Made by a program: the position numbers and the translations under genes. A stretch of DNA of 64,000 nt from an uncultured Gammaproteobacteria bacterium (GTDB lineage Bacteria; Pseudomonadota; Gammaproteobacteria; JABCZS01). The stretch spans positions 320,001 to 384,000 of the forward strand of contig CAWKDC010000001.1 of assembly GCA_963848305.1 (NCBI GenBank), read 5' to 3'. The notes beneath the pieces were generated by a model. The model saw only the letters and a program-made list of their open reading frames with translations, had not been told where the DNA came from and did not search any database. Position 1 is the stretch's first letter, and each line of letters starts with the position of its first letter. Of this stretch, positions 55,007 to 64,000 are shown piece after piece.

Positions 55007-56509
55007 TTAAGACTTCCTCATGTGCGGAAACAATATCACATCCCTGATAGACGGCGCATTCGCAAATAACATCACCAAACGATCAATCCCGATGCCAACA
55101 CCGGATGCAGGTGGCATACCATATTCTAACGCTGTGATGAAATCTTCGTCATAAATCATGGCCTCATCATCGCCAGCTTCTTTGGCTTTGACCTGTGCCA
55201 TGAAACGCGCCGCCTGATCTTCTGGATCGTTTAATTCAGAAAAACCATTGGCGAGCTCTCTGCCAACTATCATCAACTCAAAGCGGTCGGTCACGAAAGG
55301 ATCTTGATCGTTTGCACGCGCCAAAGGAGAGACTTCAGCAGGATATTGTGTCACAAATGTCGGTTCGATCAATTGGTGCTCAACCGTTTTTTCAAAAATT
55401 TCAATTTGCAATTTACCCAAACCATCTGTCGGTTTGAATGCAATCCCCAATTTTTCACAGATAGATTTTGCACCTGACAATGTATTTAATTCAGGTGCTG
55501 TGACGGTCGGGTTATATTTTAAAATTGAATCAAATACGGTGATACGTGCAAAAGGTTTTGCAAAATCCAATCCAGTGCCTTGATATTCAAATTCCAAACG
55601 TCCCATCGAGGCAAGCGCCGCGTGACGAAGCAATGCTTCTGTCGCATTCATGCCGTCCTCAACGGTGGCATACGCTTGATAAAATTCAAGCATGGTGAAT
55701 TCAGGATTGTGGCGAACTGAAACGCCTTCATTACGGAAATTACGGTTAATTTCAAAGACGCGATCAAATCCGCCAACCAATAAGCGTTTCAAATATAATT
55801 CCGGTGCAATACGCAAATAAAGCGCCATATTCAAAGCATTGTGATGCGTGACAAAAGGTCTTGCGGCGGCGCCGCCGGGCATCACTTGCATCATCGGCGT
55901 TTCCACTTCAATGAAACGATCGCGCACCAAAAATTCACGGATCGCAGAAATGGTTTTACTTCGGATCACAAAGGTTTCACGTGTCTCAGGATTTGAAATC
56001 AAATCCAAATAGCGCTGACGGTACCTTGCCTCTGTGTCTGTCAGGCCATGAAATTTATCGGGTAAGGGACGAATGGCTTTCACCAACAAGGCAATGCTAT
56101 CCGCTTTAACGGATAGCTCACCGGTTTTGGTTTTAAATAACGTGCCTTCAATCGCAACGATATCGCCCAAATCCCATTTCTTAAAAGCTTCATATTGATT
56201 CTCAGGCAATGCATCGGCTTTGATGTACGCTTGAATTTGCCCAGTCATGTCTTGAATCGTGACAAAACTTGCTTTGCCCATGAGACGACGCAACATCACG
56301 CGGCCTGCTATTTTCACAGCGATATGGTTAGCCTCCAATGCCTCACCTTCTGCTTGATCATGCGCTTGATGCAAATCATTTGCAAAAGCATTGGGTGTGA
56401 AATCGTTGGGAAACGCTTGCCCTTGGGTGCGCAGATGCGCCAACTTTGCACGACGCTCGGCGATGAGATCGTGTTGGTTTTGTGTGTCTAATTGTTCTGT
56501 CATTGACAT
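55007..56509 (-). CDS. lysS: Lysine-tRNA ligase
   Basis: [33 protein letters not shown]. Confidence 0.97.
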   Translation of the reverse strand: MSMTEQLDTQNQHDLIAERRAKLAHLRTQGQAFPNDFTPNAFANDLHQAHDQAEGEALEANHIAVKIAGRVMLRRLMGKASFVTIQDMTGQIQAYIKADALPENQYEAFKKWDLGDIVAIEGTLFKTKTGELSVKADSIALLVKAIRPLPDKFHGLTDTEARYRQRYLDLISNPETRETFVIRSKTISAIREFLVRDRFIEVETPMMQVMPGGAAARPFVTHHNALNMALYLRIAPELYLKRLLVGGFDRVFEINRNFRNEGVSVRHNPEFTMLEFYQAYATVEDGMNATEALLRHAALASMGRLEFEYQGTGLDFAKPFARITVFDSILKYNPTVTAPELNTLSGAKSICEKLGIAFKPTDGLGKLQIEIFEKTVEHQLIEPTFVTQYPAEVSPLARANDQDPFVTDRFELMIVGRELANGFSELNDPEDQAARFMAQVKAKEAGDDEAMIYDEDFITALEYGMPPASGVGIGIDRLVMLFANAPSIRDVILFPHMRKS

Positions 56510-56568
56510 TATCCTCTATATTACATATTCCCCGCTGTTTGTAGGGGCGGGTACTCCCGCCAGCCACC

Positions 56569-57676
56569 CTACAACCCTGATTTCAAACTCGCCTCAATAA
56601 ACCGATCCAACCGCCCATTCAAGACAGCCGTTGTATCAGTATCTTCCACATCGGTACGCAAATCTTTGATACGCGATTGATCCAATACATAGGAACGGAT
56701 CTGGCTGCCCCAGCTGATATCAGATTTCGTGGCTTCAACCAAATTTTGCTCTTGCTTACGTTTCATTTCTTCCAATTCATACAATTTCGCTTTCAATTGT
56801 TTCATGGCTTGCGCACGGTTCTTGTGTTGCGAACGATCGGATTGGCATTGTACAACAATCCCCGTCGGCTCGTGGGTGATGCGGATCGCCGAATCGGTTC
56901 TATTCACGTGCTGACCGCCTGCACCACTTGCGCGGTAAGTGTCGACACGTAAATCAGCCGGATTGATCTCAATGTCGATATCATCGTCCACTTCAGGTGA
57001 CACAAACACGGAGGCAAATGAGGTGTGCCGACGGTTACCCGAATCAAACGGCGATTTGCGCACCAAACGGTGCACCCCCGATTCGGTACGAAGCCAACCA
57101 AAAGCAAACGGTCCTTTCACATGGATTGTCGCGCTCTTAATGCCGGCCACATCACCCGGAGAGGCTTCTACCAATTCCGCCTCAAATCCTTTAGATTGGG
57201 CAAAACGCAAATACATGCGCAACAACATTTCTGCCCAATCTTGCGCTTCTGTACCGCCTGATCCCGAATTAATATCCACATATGCATTGTTCGGATCCAT
57301 TTTACCTGGAAACATGCGCCGAAATTCAAGTTTTTCAAGATGAGATTCATGTGCTGCCAATGTGGATTGAAGCAACTCAAACATGTCATTGTCATTCTCT
57401 TCGAGAGCCATTTCATAGAGACCCTGACAATCATCGAGGCCGGATAATAACCCGCGGATCACATCCACCACCGCAGACAGCGCCACACGCTCGCGGCCCA
57501 ACGCTTCCGCGCGCTCGGGACTATCCCACAACTTGGGATCCTCGAGCTCGCGGTTCACTTCTTCTAAGCGTTCAGCCTGATTGTCAAAGTCAAAGATACC
57601 CCCGAATGTCTTCCGCACGGGTTTTCAAAGACGCAATTTTGTCTCGAATGCTGTTAGGCTCTATGAAGGTTGTCAT
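56569..57676 (-). CDS. prfB: Peptide chain release factor 2 with programmed +1 frameshift
   Basis: [28 protein letters not shown] then CTT-TGA-C (57595..57589) preceded by internal SD CGGGGG; SPF and GGQ motifs. Confidence 0.95.
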
Positions 57677-58235
57677 TCACAAAATCCCAATTGACCAATT
57701 TCCAGAAAGAATCCACATACTGCGCACGCGCATTGCGGTAATCGATATAATAAGCATGTTCCCAAACGTCGCAGGTGAGCAATGCTGTTTTGCCAGATGT
57801 CATGGGGGTACCCGCATTGGACGTGCTGATCAATTCTAGCTTGCCCGAATCCCCTTTCACCAACCATGCCCAGCCTGATCCAAACGTGGTCAAAGCAACT
57901 TGGGTGAATTGTTCTTTGAAAGCGGCAAATGAACCAAATGCTTCTTCAATCCCTTTGGCCACAGCCCCTGTAGGCTCGCCACCCCCATTCGGGCTTAAGC
58001 AATGCCAATAAAAGGTATGATTCCAAACCTGTGCTGCATTATTGAATATGCCGCCTGAAGAAGAACGGATGATCTCTTCCAAGGTTTTACCTTCAAAAGG
58101 TGTCCCTGCAACGAGCTTATTCAGGTTGTCAACGTAAGCTTTATGGTGCTTACCATAATGATAAGACAATGTTTCAGCAGAAATATGCGGTTGCAAAGCG
58201 TCTTGCGCGTAGGGCAATGGGGGCAATTCAAACAT
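57654..58235 (-). CDS. sodB: Fe superoxide dismutase
   Basis: [27 protein letters not shown]. Confidence 0.94.
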   Translation of the reverse strand: MFELPPLPYAQDALQPHISAETLSYHYGKHHKAYVDNLNKLVAGTPFEGKTLEEIIRSSSGGIFNNAAQVWNHTFYWHCLSPNGGGEPTGAVAKGIEEAFGSFAAFKEQFTQVALTTFGSGWAWLVKGDSGKLELISTSNAGTPMTSGKTALLTCDVWEHAYYIDYRNARAQYVDSFWKLVNWDFVNDNLHRA

Positions 58236-58304
58236 GATAGGTTCCTTATACCAATGATTGCGTACAGTCTACAAGTGTTTACAGAAACCAGCAAGGCCTT
58301 GATC

Positions 58305-59468
58305 TCAATCGCTGATCACTTTGACGAAACGTTCGACGAAATAATCTACGTGCGATTTTTCAAAGATCAGCGCCGGTGCCAAGCGCACCACGGTCTCTGC
58401 CGTCACAGTGAATAGGATCCCTTCATCCAATCCTTTCTGAAGCAACGGGCGTGCCGGTGCATCCATCTCAATCCCGATCCACAATCCTTGACCCCGAATA
58501 TCTTTCACGTGTGGGTGCCCGAGCAGCGCTTCATTCAAGCGCTTGAAAAAGTAATCTGATACTTCAACAACGTTCTTTAACAAATTGTTTTTAATGATTT
58601 CATCCAGCACAACACATGCCACACGAGACGATAATGGATTGCCGCCAAACGTTGAGCCGTGGTTTCCCGGCGAAAATAAATCGACCGCACGACCACCTGC
58701 CACACAAGCGCCTATCGGAATACCCCCGCCCAATCCTTTCGCCAATGAGATCGCGTCCGGCTGAATACCTGCGTGTTCAAAAGCAAACATTTTGCCGGTG
58801 CGCCCAATGCCGGATTGCACTTCATCGATCATGAGCAACCATTTATTCTCATCGCAAATCTCACGTAAGCCGCGCAAATACGCCGGTGAAGGCACGTGTA
58901 AACCGCCCTCCCCTTGAATTGGCTCTAGCATCACCGCGACAATATTCTTCTGATGCTTGGCAATGGTGCGAATGGCATCCAGATCATTGAAAGGTGCGCG
59001 CACAAACCCCTGCACCAACGGCTCAAAACCCGCCTGCACGCGCCGCGAGCCACTGGCCGATAGGGTTGCCATGGTACGGCCATGAAAAGCGTTCTGCATG
59101 ACAATAATGCCCGGGTCGCGTACTTCTTGTTGATGGGCATATTTACGTGCCAGCTTGATCATGCATTCAACGGCTTCTGCCCCAGTCGAACAAATAAACG
59201 CTTGAGACAAACCAGATAACTCGACCAATTTTTGAGCCAGCTCGGTTTGATAAGGGATCTCGTAGATGTTCGATGTATGAAGCACCTTGGAGGCCTGATC
59301 ACAAATCGTTTCTACCAAGCGTGGATAGGCATGCCCCAATACATTCACCGCAATGCCCGCCATCGCGTCTAAGTAGCGACGCCCAGCCGTATCGTAGAGC
59401 CAAACGCCCTCTCCGTGCGTGAAAGCCACCGGCAGACGCTGGTAAGTGTTCATAAGGGGTGATGTCAT
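58305..59468 (-). CDS. argD: Acetylornithine aminotransferase (class III PLP)
   Basis: FHGRT, EPIQGEGG, DEVQSGIGRTG, LAKGLGGG, HGSTFGGNP. Confidence 0.88.
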   Translation of the reverse strand: MTSPLMNTYQRLPVAFTHGEGVWLYDTAGRRYLDAMAGIAVNVLGHAYPRLVETICDQASKVLHTSNIYEIPYQTELAQKLVELSGLSQAFICSTGAEAVECMIKLARKYAHQQEVRDPGIIVMQNAFHGRTMATLSASGSRRVQAGFEPLVQGFVRAPFNDLDAIRTIAKHQKNIVAVMLEPIQGEGGLHVPSPAYLRGLREICDENKWLLMIDEVQSGIGRTGKMFAFEHAGIQPDAISLAKGLGGGIPIGACVAGGRAVDLFSPGNHGSTFGGNPLSSRVACVVLDEIIKNNLLKNVVEVSDYFFKRLNEALLGHPHVKDIRGQGLWIGIEMDAPARPLLQKGLDEGILFTVTAETVVRLAPALIFEKSHVDYFVERFVKVISD

Positions 59469-59779
59469 TTGACTTCCCTCAGCAATCCCTGCAACTCCCC
59501 ACTCTCAAACATTTCTACCATGATATCGCTGCCACCGACGAGCGCGCCATTCACCCACAGTTGGGGAAAGGTGGGCCAATTCGCCATTTTTGGCAACGTC
59601 GCACGGATATCCGGATTCTCCAAAATATTGACGTGGGCAAACTCAGTCACCCCACAAGCACGAAGCACCTGGACGGCTCGACCAGAAAAACCACATTGGG
59701 GGAAATCAGGCGTCCCTTTCATGTAAAGCAGGATAGGATTGTCAGCAATTTGTTGTTTGATGATATCTTCAGTGGTCAT
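59465..59779 (-). CDS. grxD: Monothiol glutaredoxin
   Basis: PQCGFS, WPTFPQL, GGSDI; start trimmed to MTTED. Confidence 0.94.
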   Translation of the reverse strand: MTTEDIIKQQIADNPILLYMKGTPDFPQCGFSGRAVQVLRACGVTEFAHVNILENPDIRATLPKMANWPTFPQLWVNGALVGGSDIMVEMFESGELQGLLREVK

Positions 59780-59875
59780 AATAGCGCTCCTAGGTAGAGG
59801 GGACAGTATACAAGAAAATCTCATTATCGACATGGGTTCCAGATCGCGCTACACACGTTTGAGACGCTGACACGT

Positions 59876-60133
59876 TTATCCCCAGAATCTGTGGATAACT
59901 GTGTGGATAATCACTGAACATATTTCGTAAACCCACGAAAATCAAGGGCTCGAGCCAGATGCTCAAAAAATAATCAATATTTATATCTATATATTTCAAC
60001 TAGTTACAAAATATCAATGGGTTAAAAAACATGAAAGACAGTGCCATAAAAAAACAAAGCCAACTGCCTATATTTTGTGAGTAACTTACGCACTCCCTTA
60101 AAAAACTGCTCAAAAAATAAACAAAAATTGAGC
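59876..60133. promoter_or_regulatory. DnaA-box triplet with Fis and IHF consensus sites (DARS2-like)
   Basis: TTATCCCCA 59876, TGTGGATAA 59890 and 59902; GCTCAAAAAATAA(T/A)C at 59961 and 60108; TATCAATGGGTTA at 60012. Confidence 0.7.
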
Positions 60134-60353
60134 ATCTCGCTGATCTCCATACAAAAAAAATAACCAATCCAAAAAGTAAGTAAGTTACTCAAAATTCATT
60201 ATTAAAAAACCCTTGGATTTGGTCCCAAAAAAAATTTTTTCACACATAAAAATAGCAAGATTCAGATATGTCTAAAGATTTTAATGACCAAAGAAATATA
60301 CACACTTTATCCACATCATACCCACACACAATCGACTTGTCTTCTGGTAAAAT

Positions 60354-60400
60354 CCACGCTATCTTGTATAGGGAGCAAAACAAATATCTACATATTGTGT
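60354..60400 (+). promoter_or_regulatory. Tandem NrdR boxes
   Basis: CCACGCTATCTTGTAT and TATCTACATATTGTGT offset by 31 bp upstream of nrdA; extra DnaA box TTATCCACA at 60307. Confidence 0.75.
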
Positions 60401-60452
60401 TTTCAGCTTTCTTAGAACCACAAGCATATAGCCATTGGAGGGGCAAGAACCC

Positions 60453-63314
60453 ATGTCAGACAAACTTATTCAAACAGAAACAACAGCATCCACCACCCCA
60501 CCGAACGTAATTCGGGAAGAGAACTTCAGCGGCGTTGAAATCGCCATCACCCCAGGGCAACTACGTGTCATCAAGCGCAACGGCAAAATCACGTCATTTG
60601 ATGAAAGCAAAATCAGCGTGGCCATCACCAAAGCCTTCCTGGCAGTTGAAGGTGGCAATGCTGCTGCTTCCTCACGGATCGTGGAAACGGTTAACAGACT
60701 TACTAAAAACATCATGCAAGTCTTTTGGCGCCGCGCCCCCAGTGATGGCACACTTCACATCGAAGATGTCCAAGATCAAGTTGAGCTTGCACTCATGCGT
60801 GAAGGTCTCCAAAAGGTTGCCCGTGCTTACGTGCTTTACCGCGAAGAACGACGACGCGAGCGTGAGGCTGCCCTGGTGACTCAAGGTGACCAACAGCATA
60901 TGCTACATGTCTCCATGCCTGATGGCCGTTTGGTCTCACTCCAACAAACTGAACTTCATAGCATGATTCAGCATGCCTGCGAGGGTCTGAACGAAGTTTC
61001 AGCAGCAGATATTTACGCTGAAACAGAACGCAATATTTTTGAAGGCATTTCACTCAACGATGTGTATAAAGCCGCCATCATGAGTGCTCGCACCATGATT
61101 GAAAAGGAACCTAATTACAGCTTTGTCACTGCGCGCTTGTTATTGCGTGATCTCTACACAGAATCACTGGGTTTCCTCGAAATCAGCCACGATGGCCGTT
61201 TGAATACTGCTAAAGATCTTTACCCTGTGGCTTTCAAAGCTTATCTCAAGCGCGCTGTCGCCCTCGAGTTATTGGATGGAAAATTACTCACATTTGATCT
61301 GGATCGTCTGGCTGATGCATTGTTACCTGAGCGTGATTTCCAGTTCACCTACTTAGGCCTACAAACGCTCTATGATCGTTATTTTATCCACCACCGTGGC
61401 ACTCGCTTTGAAATGCCTCAAATATTTTTCATGCGTGTCGCGATGGGCTTGGCGATGAATGAAACAGAGCGTGAAACACGAGCGATTGAGTTCTATCAAC
61501 TCTTATCCAGCTTTGATTTCATGAGCTCGACACCCACATTGTTCAACTCAGGTTCATTGCGCCCACAATTATCCAGCTGTTACTTAACGACGGTACCAGA
61601 CGATTTATCCGGCATTTACAATGCCATGCGTGACAATGCATTGTTATCAAAATATGCTGGCGGTTTGGGCAATGACTGGACGCCTGTTCGTGCCATGCGC
61701 GCGCACATTAAAGGCACTAATGGTAAGTCACAAGGTGTTGTCCCCTTCTTAAATGTGGCCAATGCAACCGCCATTGCGGTCAATCAAGGCGGCAAACGCA
61801 AAGGGGCTGTCTGTGCCTATCTCGAAACATGGCATTTGGACATTGAAGAGTTCCTAGAATTGCGTAAAAACACGGGTGATGAACGTCGTCGCACCCATGA
61901 CATGAACACGGCCAACTGGGTACCTGATCTGTTCATGAAACGTGTGATTGAAAACAAAGAATGGACTCTCTTCTCTCCCGATGAAGTGCCTGATTTGCAT
62001 GATGCATACGGAGATACATTCGAATCACTGTACACTGAATATGAACGCAAAACACAAACGGGTGAAATTGATAATTACAAACGCATTCCTGCGTTATCAT
62101 TGTGGCGTAAAATGCTGGGCATGTTGTTTGAAACGGGACATCCTTGGATCACCTTCAAAGATGCGTGTAATTTGCGCTCCCCACAACAGCATGTTGGCGT
62201 GGTACATAGCTCGAATTTGTGTACTGAAATCACACTCAATACATCGATCGATGAAATTGCTGTGTGCAATCTCGGTAGCATCAATTTGGCACAACACATT
62301 GAAAATGGTGCGTTGAACCGCGAGAAATTAGCGAAAACCATTCGCACGGCGATGCGCATGCTCGATAACGTGATCGATTACAATTTCTACTCGGTCATCC
62401 AAGCACGTCGCTCTAACTTGCGCCACCGTCCTGTCGGTTTAGGACTCATGGGATTCCAAGATGCATTGTATCAATTGAACATTCCTTATTCGAGTGATGC
62501 TGCGGTACAGTTTGCGGATGAATCCATGGAATTGATCAGTTATTATGCGATTGAAGCGTCCACACATTTGGCTGAAGAGCGTGGTACGTATGCCACATTC
62601 GAAGGTTCATTGTGGAGCAAAGGCATTCTGCCCATCGATTCCATCAAACTATTAGCGCAAAGCCGTGGACAATATTTGAAGCAAGATACGTCAACACGTT
62701 TGGATTGGGACACATTACGCCAACGCGTCATGACGGTTGGTATGCGCAATTCCAATACCATGGCCATTGCTCCAACCGCAACCATCTCCAATATTTGTGG
62801 TGTCTCACAATCCATTGAACCCACCTATCAAAACCTGTTTGTTAAATCAAACTTGTCGGGTGAATTCACTGTTGTTAATCCCTATCTTGTGGCAGAATTG
62901 AAAAAGCGTAAGCTCTGGGACAATGTCATGGTCAACGATTTGAAATATTATGATGGAAGCGTGCAACAGATTGATCGCATTCCTGATGATTTGAAACGGC
63001 TATTCGCCACCGCTTTCGAACTCGATCCGAAGTGGTTAGTCGATGCCGGTTCACGCCGTCAAAAATGGATTGATCAAGCACAGTCACTCAACCTCTATAT
63101 GGCTGAGCCGTCAGGTAAAAAACTTGATGCCATTTACAAGCATGCATGGTTAAGTGGCTTGAAAACCACTTATTATTTACGCAGTCTGGGCGCCACCAAC
63201 GCTGAAAAATCCACAGTTACCGACAGCGCATTAAATGCTGTTAAACTGCAAAGCACGGATGCCGCGCCTAAAGCCTGTTCCATCGATAATCCCGATTGTG
63301 AAGCCTGTCAGTAA
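60453..63314 (+). CDS. nrdA: Class I ribonucleotide reductase alpha subunit with two ATP-cones
   Basis: VIKRNG cone, [40 protein letters not shown] end. Confidence 0.96.
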   Translation: MSDKLIQTETTASTTPPNVIREENFSGVEIAITPGQLRVIKRNGKITSFDESKISVAITKAFLAVEGGNAAASSRIVETVNRLTKNIMQVFWRRAPSDGTLHIEDVQDQVELALMREGLQKVARAYVLYREERRREREAALVTQGDQQHMLHVSMPDGRLVSLQQTELHSMIQHACEGLNEVSAADIYAETERNIFEGISLNDVYKAAIMSARTMIEKEPNYSFVTARLLLRDLYTESLGFLEISHDGRLNTAKDLYPVAFKAYLKRAVALELLDGKLLTFDLDRLADALLPERDFQFTYLGLQTLYDRYFIHHRGTRFEMPQIFFMRVAMGLAMNETERETRAIEFYQLLSSFDFMSSTPTLFNSGSLRPQLSSCYLTTVPDDLSGIYNAMRDNALLSKYAGGLGNDWTPVRAMRAHIKGTNGKSQGVVPFLNVANATAIAVNQGGKRKGAVCAYLETWHLDIEEFLELRKNTGDERRRTHDMNTANWVPDLFMKRVIENKEWTLFSPDEVPDLHDAYGDTFESLYTEYERKTQTGEIDNYKRIPALSLWRKMLGMLFETGHPWITFKDACNLRSPQQHVGVVHSSNLCTEITLNTSIDEIAVCNLGSINLAQHIENGALNREKLAKTIRTAMRMLDNVIDYNFYSVIQARRSNLRHRPVGLGLMGFQDALYQLNIPYSSDAAVQFADESMELISYYAIEASTHLAEERGTYATFEGSLWSKGILPIDSIKLLAQSRGQYLKQDTSTRLDWDTLRQRVMTVGMRNSNTMAIAPTATISNICGVSQSIEPTYQNLFVKSNLSGEFTVVNPYLVAELKKRKLWDNVMVNDLKYYDGSVQQIDRIPDDLKRLFATAFELDPKWLVDAGSRRQKWIDQAQSLNLYMAEPSGKKLDAIYKHAWLSGLKTTYYLRSLGATNAEKSTVTDSALNAVKLQSTDAAPKACSIDNPDCEACQ

Positions 63315-63325
63315 AAGGAAATATT

Positions 63326-64000
63326 ATGTCAAGTCTGAACCCAATCAATATGCAAGCGGCCCCTCATAAAAGGGCCACCGGCCTTGAGGCCATCGAAATG
63401 AATGTTGAGGCGCCTAAAGTTGACGATAAAAAAATCATCAATTGTAAAGCGGACCTCAATCAACTCGTGCCTTTTAAGTATTATTGGGCATGGCAAAAAT
63501 ATCTTGATGCTTGTGCCAACCATTGGATGCCCAATGAAATCCCCATGGGTGCTGATGTTGCTTTGTATAAAGATCCTAATGGCTTAACGGCTGATGAGCG
63601 CATGATCATTGAGCGTAGTCTTGGTTTTTTCTCTACTGCAGATTCTTTGGTCGCCAATAATTTGGTATTGGCCGTGTATCGTCACATCACCAATCCCGAA
63701 TGCCGTCAATATTTGCTGCGCCAAGCATTTGAAGAAGCATTGCATACGCACGCTTATCAGCATATCATCGAAAGCTTGGGAATGGATGAATCACGTTTAT
63801 TCAACATGTACCATGAAATTCCCTCTGTGGCACGCAAAGCCAATTGGGCATTGAAATACACGCAAAGTTTGTCTGATCCACACTTCAGCACAGGCACACC
63901 GGAAAATGACCAACGCTTGATGCGCGACTTGATTGCATTTTATATCGTGTTTGAAGGCATTTTCTTCTATGTTGGTTTTGCACAAATACTGTCTATGGGG
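63326..64000 (+). CDS. nrdB: Ribonucleotide reductase beta subunit, partial (runs off window)
   Basis: Manual translation [49 protein letters not shown]. Confidence 0.93.
   Translation, partial: MSSLNPINMQAAPHKRATGLEAIEMNVEAPKVDDKKIINCKADLNQLVPFKYYWAWQKYLDACANHWMPNEIPMGADVALYKDPNGLTADERMIIERSLGFFSTADSLVANNLVLAVYRHITNPECRQYLLRQAFEEALHTHAYQHIIESLGMDESRLFNMYHEIPSVARKANWALKYTQSLSDPHFSTGTPENDQRLMRDLIAFYIVFEGIFFYVGFAQILSMG

Noticed and set aside
59876-60320. Replication origin oriC
   Set aside because: No dnaA, gidA or rpmH neighbours and no obvious strand-composition switch by eye; not formally excluded without whole-genome skew
60453-63314. Intein or intron in nrdA
   Set aside because: Extra length is explained by the second ATP-cone; no splice-junction or endonuclease motifs

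Overview
Chromosomal window from a Gammaproteobacterium; gene content and order suggest a Legionellales/Coxiellaceae-like lineage (inference). Bases 1-23.4 kb are an accessory cell-surface island. It holds a Csu-type (SCPU pilin) chaperone-usher cluster with five pilins, an usher and a partial chaperone. Embedded in that cluster is a ~3160-aa protein with a predicted N-terminal outer-membrane beta domain, ~31 IPT/TIG repeats and a Cys-rich tip domain. Divergently, four tandem genes encode secreted, acidic, Cys-rich beta-propeller proteins whose N-terminal domain is visibly homologous to the tip domain of the giant protein; this is the main candidate for an undescribed modular surface system. 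The rest is mostly housekeeping: hpt, suf operon, fadL, tatD-holB-tmk-mltG-fabF-acpP, a Fic gene, ihfA-pheT-pheS-acpS, recO-era-rnc-lepB-lepA-degP, coaA, rpoE, sdhE, a HigBA-like pair, ygfZ, lysS-prfB, sodB, argD, grxD and nrdAB. A DnaA/Fis/IHF site cluster resembling DARS2 lies upstream of nrdA. At least seven apparent frameshifts, including in pheT and sufC, are repaired by restoring a GGNCC pentamer, which points to methylation-linked long-read errors rather than gene decay. Only the prfB frameshift is clearly biological.
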